From NCBI GenBank assembly GCA_041648595.1, contig JBAZOQ010000001.1:14002-78001 (forward strand): a stretch of 64,000 nt of DNA, read 5' to 3'. A program made the position numbers and the translations under genes. The notes beneath the pieces are model-generated. The model had not been told where the DNA came from, did not search any database, and saw nothing but the letters and a program-made list of their open reading frames with translations. How positions within the stretch are numbered: the first letter of the stretch is position 1; each line of letters starts with the position of its first letter. This document shows, one piece after another, positions 18,319 to 26,179 of the stretch. This stretch comes from Minisyncoccota bacterium. Its GTDB lineage: Bacteria; Patescibacteriota; Minisyncoccia; Phycocordibacterales; UBA9973.

Positions 18319-18383
18319 TCCTGTTAGAAATTCAACAGGTATGTTATAATGATAAAAATTATTAATTTAAAATTTCTAATAGG
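18319..18383 (+). mobile_element. MITE-like TIR element, family 1 copy c (subfamily c/e). 5' ACTTGTCCTGTTAGAAATTCAACAGG, 3' AAATTTCTAATAGG abutting ATG 18384. Internal TTATAAT box. A 5' ATG at 18310 opens a 5-codon uORF (MYLSC).
   Basis: Read directly. The 3' TIR is degenerate relative to copies a, b, d and f. Confidence 0.5.
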
Positions 18384-18581
18384 ATGCTTATAATATCTCA
18401 AACAATATTTTATATAGTAGCTTCAGTCGCAATGATCGTTGTTCTTGTGATGTTTGTTATTGTGATATATTATTTTATAGGTATTTTAAAAAATACCCGT
18501 AGTATTTCTGATGATATTGTAAATACTTATACAAAAACTAAAAAAAATATAAAGAAGATTATTAATTCAATAAAAATATGA
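18384..18581 (+). CDS. Small hydrophobic membrane protein (65 aa), hypothetical.
   Basis: ORF directly after a family-1 element. Its TGA stop lies inside the ATGAG repeat of the next element. Confidence 0.4.
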   Translation: MLIISQTIFYIVASVAMIVVLVMFVIVIYYFIGILKNTRSISDDIVNTYTKTKKNIKKIINSIKI

Positions 18582-18582
18582 G

Positions 18583-18688
18583 TCCCGTTAGAAATTTACA
18601 AAACGGGGATAAAATTATAAAAATAACATAAATCAACTATCTTTATATATAAATAATATATGTACGAATGGTATGATTTCTAAACGGG
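18583..18688 (+). mobile_element. MITE-like TIR element, family 1 copy d (106 bp). 5' TCCCGTTAGAAATTTAC with local hairpin CCCGTT..AACGGG, 3' GATTTCTAAACGGG. Flanked by ATGAG (18578-18582, containing the upstream TGA stop) and ATGAA (18689, the downstream start).
   Basis: Read directly. TGgTATGAT (extended -10-like) lies 11 nt before the ATG. Confidence 0.6.
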
Positions 18689-19021
18689 ATGAAAAAACAA
18701 ATAAAAAAAGAAGAAAAAAGTAGTAAGTTTTTGAGTGGAGCATTGATAGGTGCAGCACTTGGTGTAGCAGCAGGACTTTTTGCAACATCAAAAAAAGGAA
18801 AAGAAATTACAAAAGAAGTAAAAAATAAATCAGTAGAATTTTATAAATATATTGCTCCACAAATAAAGAAAGCAAAAGAGATGGGGGAGCAAGAATATAA
18901 AGCTTTTATAAATAAAGCATTAGTTAGTTATAATAAAAATAAGAAATTCAGTAAAGAAGACTTAGAAAATCTAAAAAAAGAAGTCCACGCATCTTGGAAA
19001 CATCTAAAAAAGAATTTTTAG
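18689..19021 (+). CDS. YtxH-like small membrane-anchored protein (DUF948-like).
   Basis: N-terminal LSGALIGAALGVAAGLFATSKKGKE followed by a charged helical tail. Confidence 0.5.
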   Translation: MKKQIKKEEKSSKFLSGALIGAALGVAAGLFATSKKGKEITKEVKNKSVEFYKYIAPQIKKAKEMGEQEYKAFINKALVSYNKNKKFSKEDLENLKKEVHASWKHLKKNF

Positions 19022-19036
19022 AAATCTAGCTTAGAC

Positions 19037-19059
19037 TTGCGGAAGCAAGACTTCCGCAA
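19037..19059 (+). repeat. REP-1 palindrome TTGCGGAAGCAAGACTTCCGCAA, immediately upstream of tRNA-Gly.
   Basis: Same palindrome family as the three copies around and inside the RAYT gene at 36.3-37.1 kb. Confidence 0.75.
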
Positions 19060-19064
19060 ATATT

Positions 19065-19135
19065 GCGGGATTAGTTTAGTGGCAGAATGAGTCCTTCCCA
19101 AGGATTAGACGGGGTTTCGATTACCCCATCCCGCA
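19065..19135 (+). tRNA. tRNA-Gly (anticodon CCC).
   Basis: Cloverleaf folded by hand. Acceptor GCGGGAT/ATCCCGC, anticodon loop TTCCCAA, T arm GGGGT-TTCGATT-ACCCC, discriminator A. No encoded CCA. Confidence 0.75.
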
Positions 19136-19222
19136 CAGAATTTAGAAATTTAGCAAAGAAAAACCACCGAGAAGAGCATGGCTTTTCTTGGTGGTAATTA
19201 TTTATATTACAAACCTTAACTT

Positions 19223-20575
19223 TTACTTCATTAAGATCATTTTTTTTGTCTGGCTGAAGTTGCCAGATTGAATTTTGTAGATGTACATTCCGCTAGCAAG
19301 CTGAGAAGCATCAAACTTGGTTTCATAACTTCCAGCAGGTTTTTCTTCATTAACTAACTCAACAACTTCTTTGCCGAGCATATCGTAAACTTTTAGAGTT
19401 ACGAAGCCGGATGCAGGAAGTGCATAACTAATTGTTGTAGAAGGATTAAACGGATTTGGATAATTCTGCGACAGATCAAATTTTGTTGGTACAGAAGTTA
19501 CTTCTTCGGTTACATCTGTAACTCCTGAAGGTTTAAGAATAATTGGTTTTCCATTATTCAAAGTTCCATTCACTTCTATTTCTGATAATTTTGCTCCATT
19601 AATAATAACATAAGAACCTTTATCAAGAGCATCATTTGTTGCAAAAGAGATTTTTGTAACGCCATCTTTTGTGTTTACAGAATTCAGTGTTTTGGATAGT
19701 GAACCTTTTTCAATCCAAGCTCCTTTTGGGAGCTTAAGATTAAGATCTCCATTAGTTAAGCTGTCAGAGAAGATTAGTTTAATAGTATTATTTGACAGTT
19801 GTTGTAGTGCGACTTCACCTTTAGTGGTATTAATACCAAGGCCACAACCTCCTTCATAGTAGTATCCATTTTCAACTGGATAGTAACTAATCACATTAAA
19901 ATGTTTCCAAGTTCTATACAAAGCATCTTGGCTAGATACTTGTAGGTCGCCGGTTACATCGTAATAGGCTAAACTTTTTTGATCAATTACCATGATTTTC
20001 CCTGTAGAAAAATCAAGAATTCTAAAAATATCCAGTGTTCCATTATCTCCACCCCACACTCCATCGTTAAATACGGTTATTTTTGCCGAACTTCCAGAAG
20101 CATAGTATTGAGTATGTTCTAGATTACTTTTTGTGAAAATAGTTTGTCCAAAAATAATATATTCTTCCGTTTTATTAGCCATATCTGGATATTGATTAGC
20201 GATTACACTAATTCTTACAGGAGTAAAATAGCTGTGAAAAATTCCATCACTGAATAATCCCCAATGAATAGTGTTGTGATTTGTTGTTGGGTCATAAGAT
20301 AATAATGGGTATGAATAATTATCATTCCAATACCATTCATTCAACGTAACTGTGTTTCGACTTTCAAAGTCAAAACTTAATCTGTCTGAAGAAAATATTG
20401 TCGATTCAACACCGACTATACTATCTCCAGAAAAAATGACAGGTACCTGATAATGACCACCGGCTACCATCAGTGCATTGTTAATTTGCAAATAACTATC
20501 AGATGATGGTAACGTTTGTGCAAAAATGCCCATAGAAAACAAAATGAACAATGAAAGAAAAAGTAACTTTTTCAT
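19223..20575 (-). CDS. Secreted protein with N-terminal signal peptide and C-terminal Por/T9SS-type sorting domain (secretion system C-terminal sorting domain).
   Basis: C-terminus NYPNPFNPSTTISYALPASGFVTLKVYDMLGKEVVELVNEEKPAGSYETKFDASQLASGMYIYKIQSGNFSQTKKMILMK matches the T9SS C-terminal-domain consensus. N-terminus is MKKLLFLSLFILFSMGIFAQ. Confidence 0.7.
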   Translation of the reverse strand: MKKLLFLSLFILFSMGIFAQTLPSSDSYLQINNALMVAGGHYQVPVIFSGDSIVGVESTIFSSDRLSFDFESRNTVTLNEWYWNDNYSYPLLSYDPTTNHNTIHWGLFSDGIFHSYFTPVRISVIANQYPDMANKTEEYIIFGQTIFTKSNLEHTQYYASGSSAKITVFNDGVWGGDNGTLDIFRILDFSTGKIMVIDQKSLAYYDVTGDLQVSSQDALYRTWKHFNVISYYPVENGYYYEGGCGLGINTTKGEVALQQLSNNTIKLIFSDSLTNGDLNLKLPKGAWIEKGSLSKTLNSVNTKDGVTKISFATNDALDKGSYVIINGAKLSEIEVNGTLNNGKPIILKPSGVTDVTEEVTSVPTKFDLSQNYPNPFNPSTTISYALPASGFVTLKVYDMLGKEVVELVNEEKPAGSYETKFDASQLASGMYIYKIQSGNFSQTKKMILMK

Positions 20576-20804
20576 TTTAGAACTCCTTGAAATAAATTTA
20601 TTTTTTACCCAACCTGTTTGGTATGGGTAGTGAGATATATTCCCACTAATTTAAGGGTGAAATGGGATAATACGCCATCAAATTAGTGAGAATATCTCTA
20701 ATATTGTCAAAGTACCTTATATTTGTATATATTAGCACTTTTAGTCTAAAATGTCAAGTAAATTTCGCTTAACGCATATGCTATAATATAAGTATTAAAA
20801 ATAA

Positions 20805-20839
20805 TCCCGATATTAATTGGGGCACCCGATTATCGGGAT
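20805..20839 (+). promoter_or_regulatory. Perfect 10-bp-stem hairpin TCCCGATATT..(loop)..TATCGGGA in the 5' leader 10 nt upstream of the glutaredoxin-like gene. A TATAAT box lies at 20782-20787.
   Basis: Inverted repeat AATCCCGATA / TATCGGGATT read directly. Its termini resemble the family-1 element termini (TCCCG...CGGGA). Confidence 0.4.
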
Positions 20840-20848
20840 TAAAAACAT

Positions 20849-21085
20849 ATGAAAAATGTAATAATTTATTCAACACCATCTTGTCATTATTGTCGTTTGG
20901 CTAAAGATTTTTTTACTGCAAATAGTATTGTCTATATAGAGCATAATGTTGCTAGTGATCTTGAAAAAAGAAAAGAAATGGTAGAAAAAAGTGGACAAAT
21001 GGGTGTGCCAGTAATTATCATAGATAATGAGATTGTTGTTGGTTTTGATAAACCAGAGCTAGCAAAGATGTTAGGACTTGTTTAG
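20849..21085 (+). CDS. Glutaredoxin-like / NrdH-like small redoxin (CxxC = CHYC).
   Basis: MKNVIIYSTPSCHYCRLAKDFF..., 78 aa, thioredoxin fold pattern. Confidence 0.7.
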   Translation: MKNVIIYSTPSCHYCRLAKDFFTANSIVYIEHNVASDLEKRKEMVEKSGQMGVPVIIIDNEIVVGFDKPELAKMLGLV

Positions 21086-21123
21086 GTTGTCTTAATAACC
21101 TTTTTGATAAGCTTGGTATCATC

Positions 21124-22074
21124 GTGGGAGCTATGAAAAAAATATTTAAAATAATCTTTTCTGTAATTATAATAAGTGTTACAGTTTTTTTATTTCGTAC
21201 AGAATTTGAACAAATTTTTTTTGATTTACAAAATAAATATTTTCCATGTAGTAAACCTATAACATATTCTTTAGGTTCTTTTGATGAAAAATTTGGTATA
21301 TCAAAAGAAGAATTTCTTAAGGTTGTAAATACTGCAGAAATAATATGGGAAAAGTCTATTGATAAGAAGCTTTTTATTTATGAATCAAACGGTGCTGGTG
21401 CTTTAAAAATAAATTTAATTTATGACACAAGACAAGAAGCTACACAGAAATTAAAAGATATAGGTATAACAGTAGATGACAATAGAGCATCTTTTAATAG
21501 CTTAAAGTTGAAATATGACGCTATGCAATCTGATTATTTGAAGTTTAAAAATGCATTTGAATCGGAAATTGTGTTATTTAAAAACCGTCAAAAAGCTTAC
21601 GAAGAAGAAGTTGCGTATTTAAATAAAAATGGTGGTGCATCTAAAGATATTTATAATCGTTTAAATAAAGAAAAAAAATATCTTGATCAAAAATTTTTAG
21701 AAATAAATAAATTGCAGGCAGAACTTAACTTAAAAGCAGATGATGTCAATGCGACAGTTATTGTCTTAAATCGTCTTGTTTCTTCTTTAAATATAGATGT
21801 AAAAAAATTTAATACAATTGGAGATGAACTTGGTGGAGAATTTGAAGAAGGTACTTATAAAGAAAATTCAACAGGCAAAGAAATTGACATATATCAATTT
21901 AACGATGAAGGGAAGTTGGCAAGAGTTTTAACACATGAATTTGGACATGCCCTGGGACTCCAGCATATAGAAAATCCTAAAGCTGTTATGTATCGTTTTA
22001 ATAATGGTATAAATGAAACATTAATGATAGAAGACATTCTTGCTCTAAAAGAGTATTGTGATTTACCTATATAA
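21124..22074 (+). CDS. Membrane-anchored zinc metalloprotease of the metzincin/matrixin type (HEFGHALGLQH plus Met-turn).
   Basis: HExxHxxGxxH motif followed by AVMY. N-terminal TM helix and central coiled coil. Confidence 0.6.
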   Translation: MGAMKKIFKIIFSVIIISVTVFLFRTEFEQIFFDLQNKYFPCSKPITYSLGSFDEKFGISKEEFLKVVNTAEIIWEKSIDKKLFIYESNGAGALKINLIYDTRQEATQKLKDIGITVDDNRASFNSLKLKYDAMQSDYLKFKNAFESEIVLFKNRQKAYEEEVAYLNKNGGASKDIYNRLNKEKKYLDQKFLEINKLQAELNLKADDVNATVIVLNRLVSSLNIDVKKFNTIGDELGGEFEEGTYKENSTGKEIDIYQFNDEGKLARVLTHEFGHALGLQHIENPKAVMYRFNNGINETLMIEDILALKEYCDLPI

Positions 22075-22087
22075 TAATATTTTTTGT

Positions 22088-22158
22088 GTCCTCGCCGGGA
22101 GTCGAACCTGGATCAGCTCGTTAGGAGTGAGCTATTCTATCCATTGAACTACGAGGAC
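22088..22158 (-). tRNA. tRNA-Arg (anticodon CCU), with mismatches in the anticodon and T stems.
   Basis: The reverse complement folds as GTCCTCG acceptor, D arm GTTC/GAAT, anticodon loop CTCCTAA, T loop TTCGACT. There is one A-C mismatch in each of the T stem and the anticodon stem. Confidence 0.55.
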
Positions 22159-22234
22159 TTCAGTTAAGAACTATTTTAATTTAACACAAAAAAAAGAAAT
22201 TTGGAAATTGGCTTTTTAAAAGAGCTATGCTAAA

Positions 22235-22522
22235 ATGTTATTTATGGATCCTGAATTAAAGCAAATGCTTCAGAAAACATTAGCACTTTCTGAAGAAAAC
22301 AATCTTATTTTGCATAAGATTAGAGGAGTTCAGAAGAGGGAATTTATTTGGAGAACATTAAAAATTATTGTAATAATAGGTATAACACTTGGATCTTTTT
22401 ATTATTTAGAACCATATTTAAATAAAATAATGGATTTATATAGTTCGATTTCGGGTGTAGAGCAAAAAGTAAATGGTGCTTCAAATGATTCTTTATTTCA
22501 AGGTTTATTAAAGAAATTTTAA
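22235..22522 (+). CDS. Hypothetical small membrane protein (95 aa).
   Basis: Single predicted TM helix. No recognisable motif. Confidence 0.35.
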   Translation: MLFMDPELKQMLQKTLALSEENNLILHKIRGVQKREFIWRTLKIIVIIGITLGSFYYLEPYLNKIMDLYSSISGVEQKVNGASNDSLFQGLLKKF

Positions 22523-22534
22523 AATATTAAATAT

Positions 22535-22606
22535 GCCTAGGTAGCTCAGTAGTAGAGCGTTCCCCTGAAGAGGGACAGGTCGGGTGTGCGATTCACCCCC
22601 TAGGCA
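22535..22606 (+). tRNA. tRNA-Phe (anticodon GAA).
   Basis: Acceptor GCCTAGG/CCTAGGC, D arm GCTC/GAGC, anticodon loop CTGAAGA, T arm GGGTG-TGCGATT-CACCC. Confidence 0.75.
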
Positions 22607-22625
22607 CAAAATAAAATTATCCAGA

Positions 22626-23096
22626 TTAAATAGATCTAACTTTAATAGTATTCCTTTTTTCTTTGTCTACTTTTTGTATTTTTATAGTTAACAAGCCATG
22701 TTTTTCTGTGGCTTCAACTTCTTCTGGTTCTACTTCTTGTGGTAACAGTACTGCACGAGAGAATTTTCCCCAGTAAAGTTCTTTAACAAAATAATTTTCA
22801 TCATCTATGTTTTTGTTTTCTTCTCTTTTACCTTTTATAGTAATCATATCTCTTGCAATAGTGATCTCTAGGTCTTCTGGTTTAACACCAGCAACCATAG
22901 TTTGCAAAATAATATCTGTTGGTGTTTGATAGACATCCACAGTTAATTCCATTTCTTCATTTTCTTCCTCCATCCAACTATTGCTGTTTTTTTTGTCTAT
23001 TTTATTAACAGATATATTTTTTACATTTTCATTCTCTTCTTCAACATGATTGCTTCCAGTTAATCTATCAAAAAAACTTCTTTTTTTATTTTCCAT
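22626..23096 (-). CDS. Hsp20/alpha-crystallin family small heat-shock protein.
   Basis: Alpha-crystallin domain pattern ..YWGKFSRAVLLPQEV.....GLLTIKIQKV. Confidence 0.7.
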   Translation of the reverse strand: MENKKRSFFDRLTGSNHVEEENENVKNISVNKIDKKNSNSWMEEENEEMELTVDVYQTPTDIILQTMVAGVKPEDLEITIARDMITIKGKREENKNIDDENYFVKELYWGKFSRAVLLPQEVEPEEVEATEKHGLLTIKIQKVDKEKRNTIKVRSI

Positions 23097-23140
23097 ATTT
23101 TTTTAATCCAGATATTAAATATATAATATCTATTTAATTT

Positions 23141-23851
23141 TTAATTTTCTACTTCCATTCTTCTTAGTTTTTCAAAAAGTAATATAATAATAATTGTAAC
23201 GACCCAAAGAAAACCTAGTACTCTTAAAAAATAGTTTCCATTATCTTCCATTATAAAAAAATTAAAGGTACTATGCAAGACTATAGCTAATATTATACCC
23301 CCTAAAAGATATAATTTTTTTACAAATTTACCCATAAAAAACGAAAGTCCTAAAGCTATTCCTATGGTACCTGTTGAAACAGCATGGAGTAGCGTAGATC
23401 CTAAAAACCTGAGTTGACCTGTGAGTAGGCCTACCGTAGTTTGGTTAAGTGAGAATGGTTCTATTAGAAACATTGTATTTTCAAGAGCTGCGAATCCTAA
23501 TGCCACAGTAATTAAAAAAATAGGCCAATCTATCGGTTCATCTATACGATTTGTTTTAGAAAGAAGAATTACTACACATAAATATTTTATTAATTCTTCT
23601 ACACTTGCCCAGCCAATAATTTGCCACTCATATGAACTTACAGTATTTTGTATAAATTTTTGGATTGGTATAACAAAAATAACAGAAATCATACCAACAA
23701 AAAACAAAGAAGCAATGAGTCCTTTTGGTTCAGGATTTAAATTGTCTTCTTTTAACCAAAACCAAAGCCAAAGAAGGGCAGGAATAACACCACCTAAAAG
23801 TGCTAAAAATAAAATTTTTGGATCAGTTGTCATTGGGTTTACCCTGAGCAA
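23141..23851 (-). CDS. Polytopic membrane protein, putative PrsW-family intramembrane protease.
   Basis: Multiple TM helices with EELIKY (E-E-x-x-K), FAALENTMF and LLHAVSTG / HSTFNF His motifs resembling PrsW signatures. Confidence 0.45.
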   Translation of the reverse strand: MLRVNPMTTDPKILFLALLGGVIPALLWLWFWLKEDNLNPEPKGLIASLFFVGMISVIFVIPIQKFIQNTVSSYEWQIIGWASVEELIKYLCVVILLSKTNRIDEPIDWPIFLITVALGFAALENTMFLIEPFSLNQTTVGLLTGQLRFLGSTLLHAVSTGTIGIALGLSFFMGKFVKKLYLLGGIILAIVLHSTFNFFIMEDNGNYFLRVLGFLWVVTIIIILLFEKLRRMEVEN

Positions 23852-26027
23852 AGTCGAAGGGCCATTTTTCTACTAATAAAAGTTTTTTGTCTTTTTGTAG
23901 TGGCATCATGGACCATATTTCTTCTGTGATGAATGGTATAAAAGGATGAAGAGCTTTAAGAAGTGTAGTGAGTTGTGAAAGTAATAATACTCGTGCTGAA
24001 ATAGTATTTTTGTTTTCGAGAATTTTTTTCTTTGAACGTTCAATTATTATATCAGCAAAAGTGTGCCAGAAATAATGATAAAGTTTCTCGGCTACAATGT
24101 AGAATTTATATTCGTCCATTTCCTTTGTAATTTCTGTTATTAAATTCTGTAATTCTTTTTCTGATTTTTTATCTTCTTCATCAAGTTCTGTTTCTTTTGT
24201 TGAATCAAAGTCTTTTGTGTTTTCTAATACGAAACGTGCAGCATTCCAGATTTTATTGGTAAATTTGCTGTATGCTTTAACTTTTTGAATATCAAATTTA
24301 CTATCTGCTCCAGGACCTATACCCACAATCATTGACATGCGGAGAGCGTCTGCCCCATATTCATTGATAACTTCTATTGGGTCAATACCATTACCTAGAG
24401 ATTTACTAAATTTTTGTCCTTTCGCATCTCTGAGTATTCCATGAAGATATACCACTTTAAAAGGAATTTCTCCTATTAAATATTGGGACATTAAAATCAT
24501 ACGTGCCACCCAGAAGAATAAAATTTCATAACCAGGATTAATGACACTCGTAGGATGATATGTTTCTAAGTCACTTCCTTTTTTTGGTTTACCATGAGCG
24601 TAGTCGAATGGCCATCCAAGTGTAGAAAAAGTCCAAAGTCCAGAAGAAAACCAAGTATCCAGAGTATCTTCATCTTGAATCCAACCTTCACCCTCTGGTG
24701 TTTCAATTCCACAATATACTTCTTTGTTTTTATACCAAACTGGGATTCTATGTCCATACCAAATTTGTCGTGATATACACCAATCGCGTAGATTTTCTAT
24801 CCAGTTGAAATAAACTTTTTCAAAGTGGTCTGGTAGAATATTTATTTTATTATCTCGTACCGGCTCGAGCATTAATTCTTTAAGTGTTTTATTTCCTCGA
24901 GAGGAGATTTTTTTATTTACATCAATGAACCACTGGAGCATTATTTGTGGTTCTATTATTCCACCAGTTCGTTCAGCCGTCGCAATTCTATTTATATAAT
25001 TTTCATCAATAGAAACAAGTAATCCTTTTGTTTTTAATTTTTCAACAATTTTTTCTCGAGCATCTAAGATTTTCATGCCGGCAAATTCTCCTGCGATGGG
25101 TAAAAGTTTGCTGTATTTATCAATAATTTGTTCTTTGTCTAATTTGTATTTTTCTGCCAATACGAAGTCTTCATGGGAGTGCCAAGGAGTAATGGTCATA
25201 ACCCCAGTGCCGAATTCCATATCGATTATCTCATCCTTGATTATAGTGGCTTCTATTGGGCCATTTATCCATTCTACGGTTAATTTATCGCCATGTTTCC
25301 ATTTACTGTATCTTTCATCTTTTGGATGCATTACGACGTATTTATCACCAAATTTTGTTTCTGGACGAGCGGTACCTATTTCGAAAGGCCCATATTTAAA
25401 AGTATAGAATTTACTCTTTTTTTCTTCATAAACTAACTCATCATCAGATATGACTGTTTGACCCTTTGGATCCCAGTTTACTATTCTATGACCTCTATAA
25501 ATTAAACCGTCGTCGTACATTTTTTTGAAAACAGTGCGAACCGCTAAATTCCTTTTTTCATCAAAAGTAAAAGCTTCTCGTGACCAATCAAGAGATGCAC
25601 CAACTTTACGCAATTGACTTACTATTGTTTTGCGACTATCTGCAACAAATGTGTTTACTCGTTCTAAGAATTTTTCTCGCCCAATATCTTTTTTCTTTAA
25701 TCCTTCTTTTTCTAGAATTTTTGTTATTTTAGAATCTGTTGCAATTGCTGCATGGTCGGTGCCAGGAAGCCAAAGAGTTTTTTCTCCGCGCATACGGTGG
25801 TAACGTATCATTGTATCTTGCATTGAATCTTCAAGCACATGACCTAAATGTAAGACACCAGTGGCATTTGGAGGGGGGAGAACGATAGAAAATTTTGGAG
25901 CATCTTTTTTAATTATGCCTTTCTCAATACATATGTCTGGATTAAAAAAACCGCTCTCTTCCCAGAGTTTATAAATTTTATCTTCTATTTCTTTTGGGTC
26001 GTAGGGTTTTAGCAATCTTTCATCCAT
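23823..26027 (-). CDS. valS: Valyl-tRNA synthetase (class I, HIGH = PPPNATGVLHLGH, KMSKS = KFSKSLGN). Two in-frame GC-rich element insertions (WPFDFAQGKP at the extreme C-terminus and WPFDYAHGKP internally).
   Basis: N-terminus YDPKEIEDKIYKLWEESGFF and catalytic motifs. Length 734 aa (C-terminal coiled-coil domain absent). Confidence 0.85.
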   Translation of the reverse strand: MDERLLKPYDPKEIEDKIYKLWEESGFFNPDICIEKGIIKKDAPKFSIVLPPPNATGVLHLGHVLEDSMQDTMIRYHRMRGEKTLWLPGTDHAAIATDSKITKILEKEGLKKKDIGREKFLERVNTFVADSRKTIVSQLRKVGASLDWSREAFTFDEKRNLAVRTVFKKMYDDGLIYRGHRIVNWDPKGQTVISDDELVYEEKKSKFYTFKYGPFEIGTARPETKFGDKYVVMHPKDERYSKWKHGDKLTVEWINGPIEATIIKDEIIDMEFGTGVMTITPWHSHEDFVLAEKYKLDKEQIIDKYSKLLPIAGEFAGMKILDAREKIVEKLKTKGLLVSIDENYINRIATAERTGGIIEPQIMLQWFIDVNKKISSRGNKTLKELMLEPVRDNKINILPDHFEKVYFNWIENLRDWCISRQIWYGHRIPVWYKNKEVYCGIETPEGEGWIQDEDTLDTWFSSGLWTFSTLGWPFDYAHGKPKKGSDLETYHPTSVINPGYEILFFWVARMILMSQYLIGEIPFKVVYLHGILRDAKGQKFSKSLGNGIDPIEVINEYGADALRMSMIVGIGPGADSKFDIQKVKAYSKFTNKIWNAARFVLENTKDFDSTKETELDEEDKKSEKELQNLITEITKEMDEYKFYIVAEKLYHYFWHTFADIIIERSKKKILENKNTISARVLLLSQLTTLLKALHPFIPFITEEIWSMMPLQKDKKLLLVEKWPFDFAQGKPNDN
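23836..23864 (-). repeat. GC-rich element family B variant (TGGCCCTTCGACTTTGCTCAGGGTAAACC on the minus strand) at the valS 3' end. Second copy at 24587-24615.
   Basis: Both translate to WPFD(F/Y)A(Q/H)GKP. Same CCTTCGAC..GCTCAGGG core as the lepA and eno copies, but read in a different frame. Confidence 0.65.
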
Positions 26028-26067
26028 ATTTAAATAATATCATAAAATAAAAGGGTTTTCTACCTAC

Positions 26068-26176
26068 AAAAAAGACAAAACATCTTTTAAAAAGCATTGC
26101 GCAGGCTGACGAGCCGAGCATAGCAAATTTTCAGCAGAAAATTATGTGCGGTTTTTAAAAGATGTTTTGTCTTTTT
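26068..26176. mobile_element. Hairpin / MITE-like element. Perfect 24-25-bp inverted repeat AAAAGACAAAACATCTTTTAAAAAG ... CTTTTTAAAAGATGTTTTGTCTTTT flanking a 58-nt core containing the GC-rich motif CGCAGGCTGACGAGCCGAG. Located in the valS-tsaD intergenic region.
   Basis: Read directly. The core motif recurs inside tsaD at 26683-26702 and in degenerate form upstream of tRNA-Ser (about 28990-29015). Confidence 0.65.
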
Positions 26177-26179
26177 TTG

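Noticed and set aside
23421-23876. ORF 23421-23876 (+) opposite the PrsW-like membrane protein, and 25075-25407 (+) opposite valS.
   Set aside because: They are antisense to better-supported genes and have no motifs.
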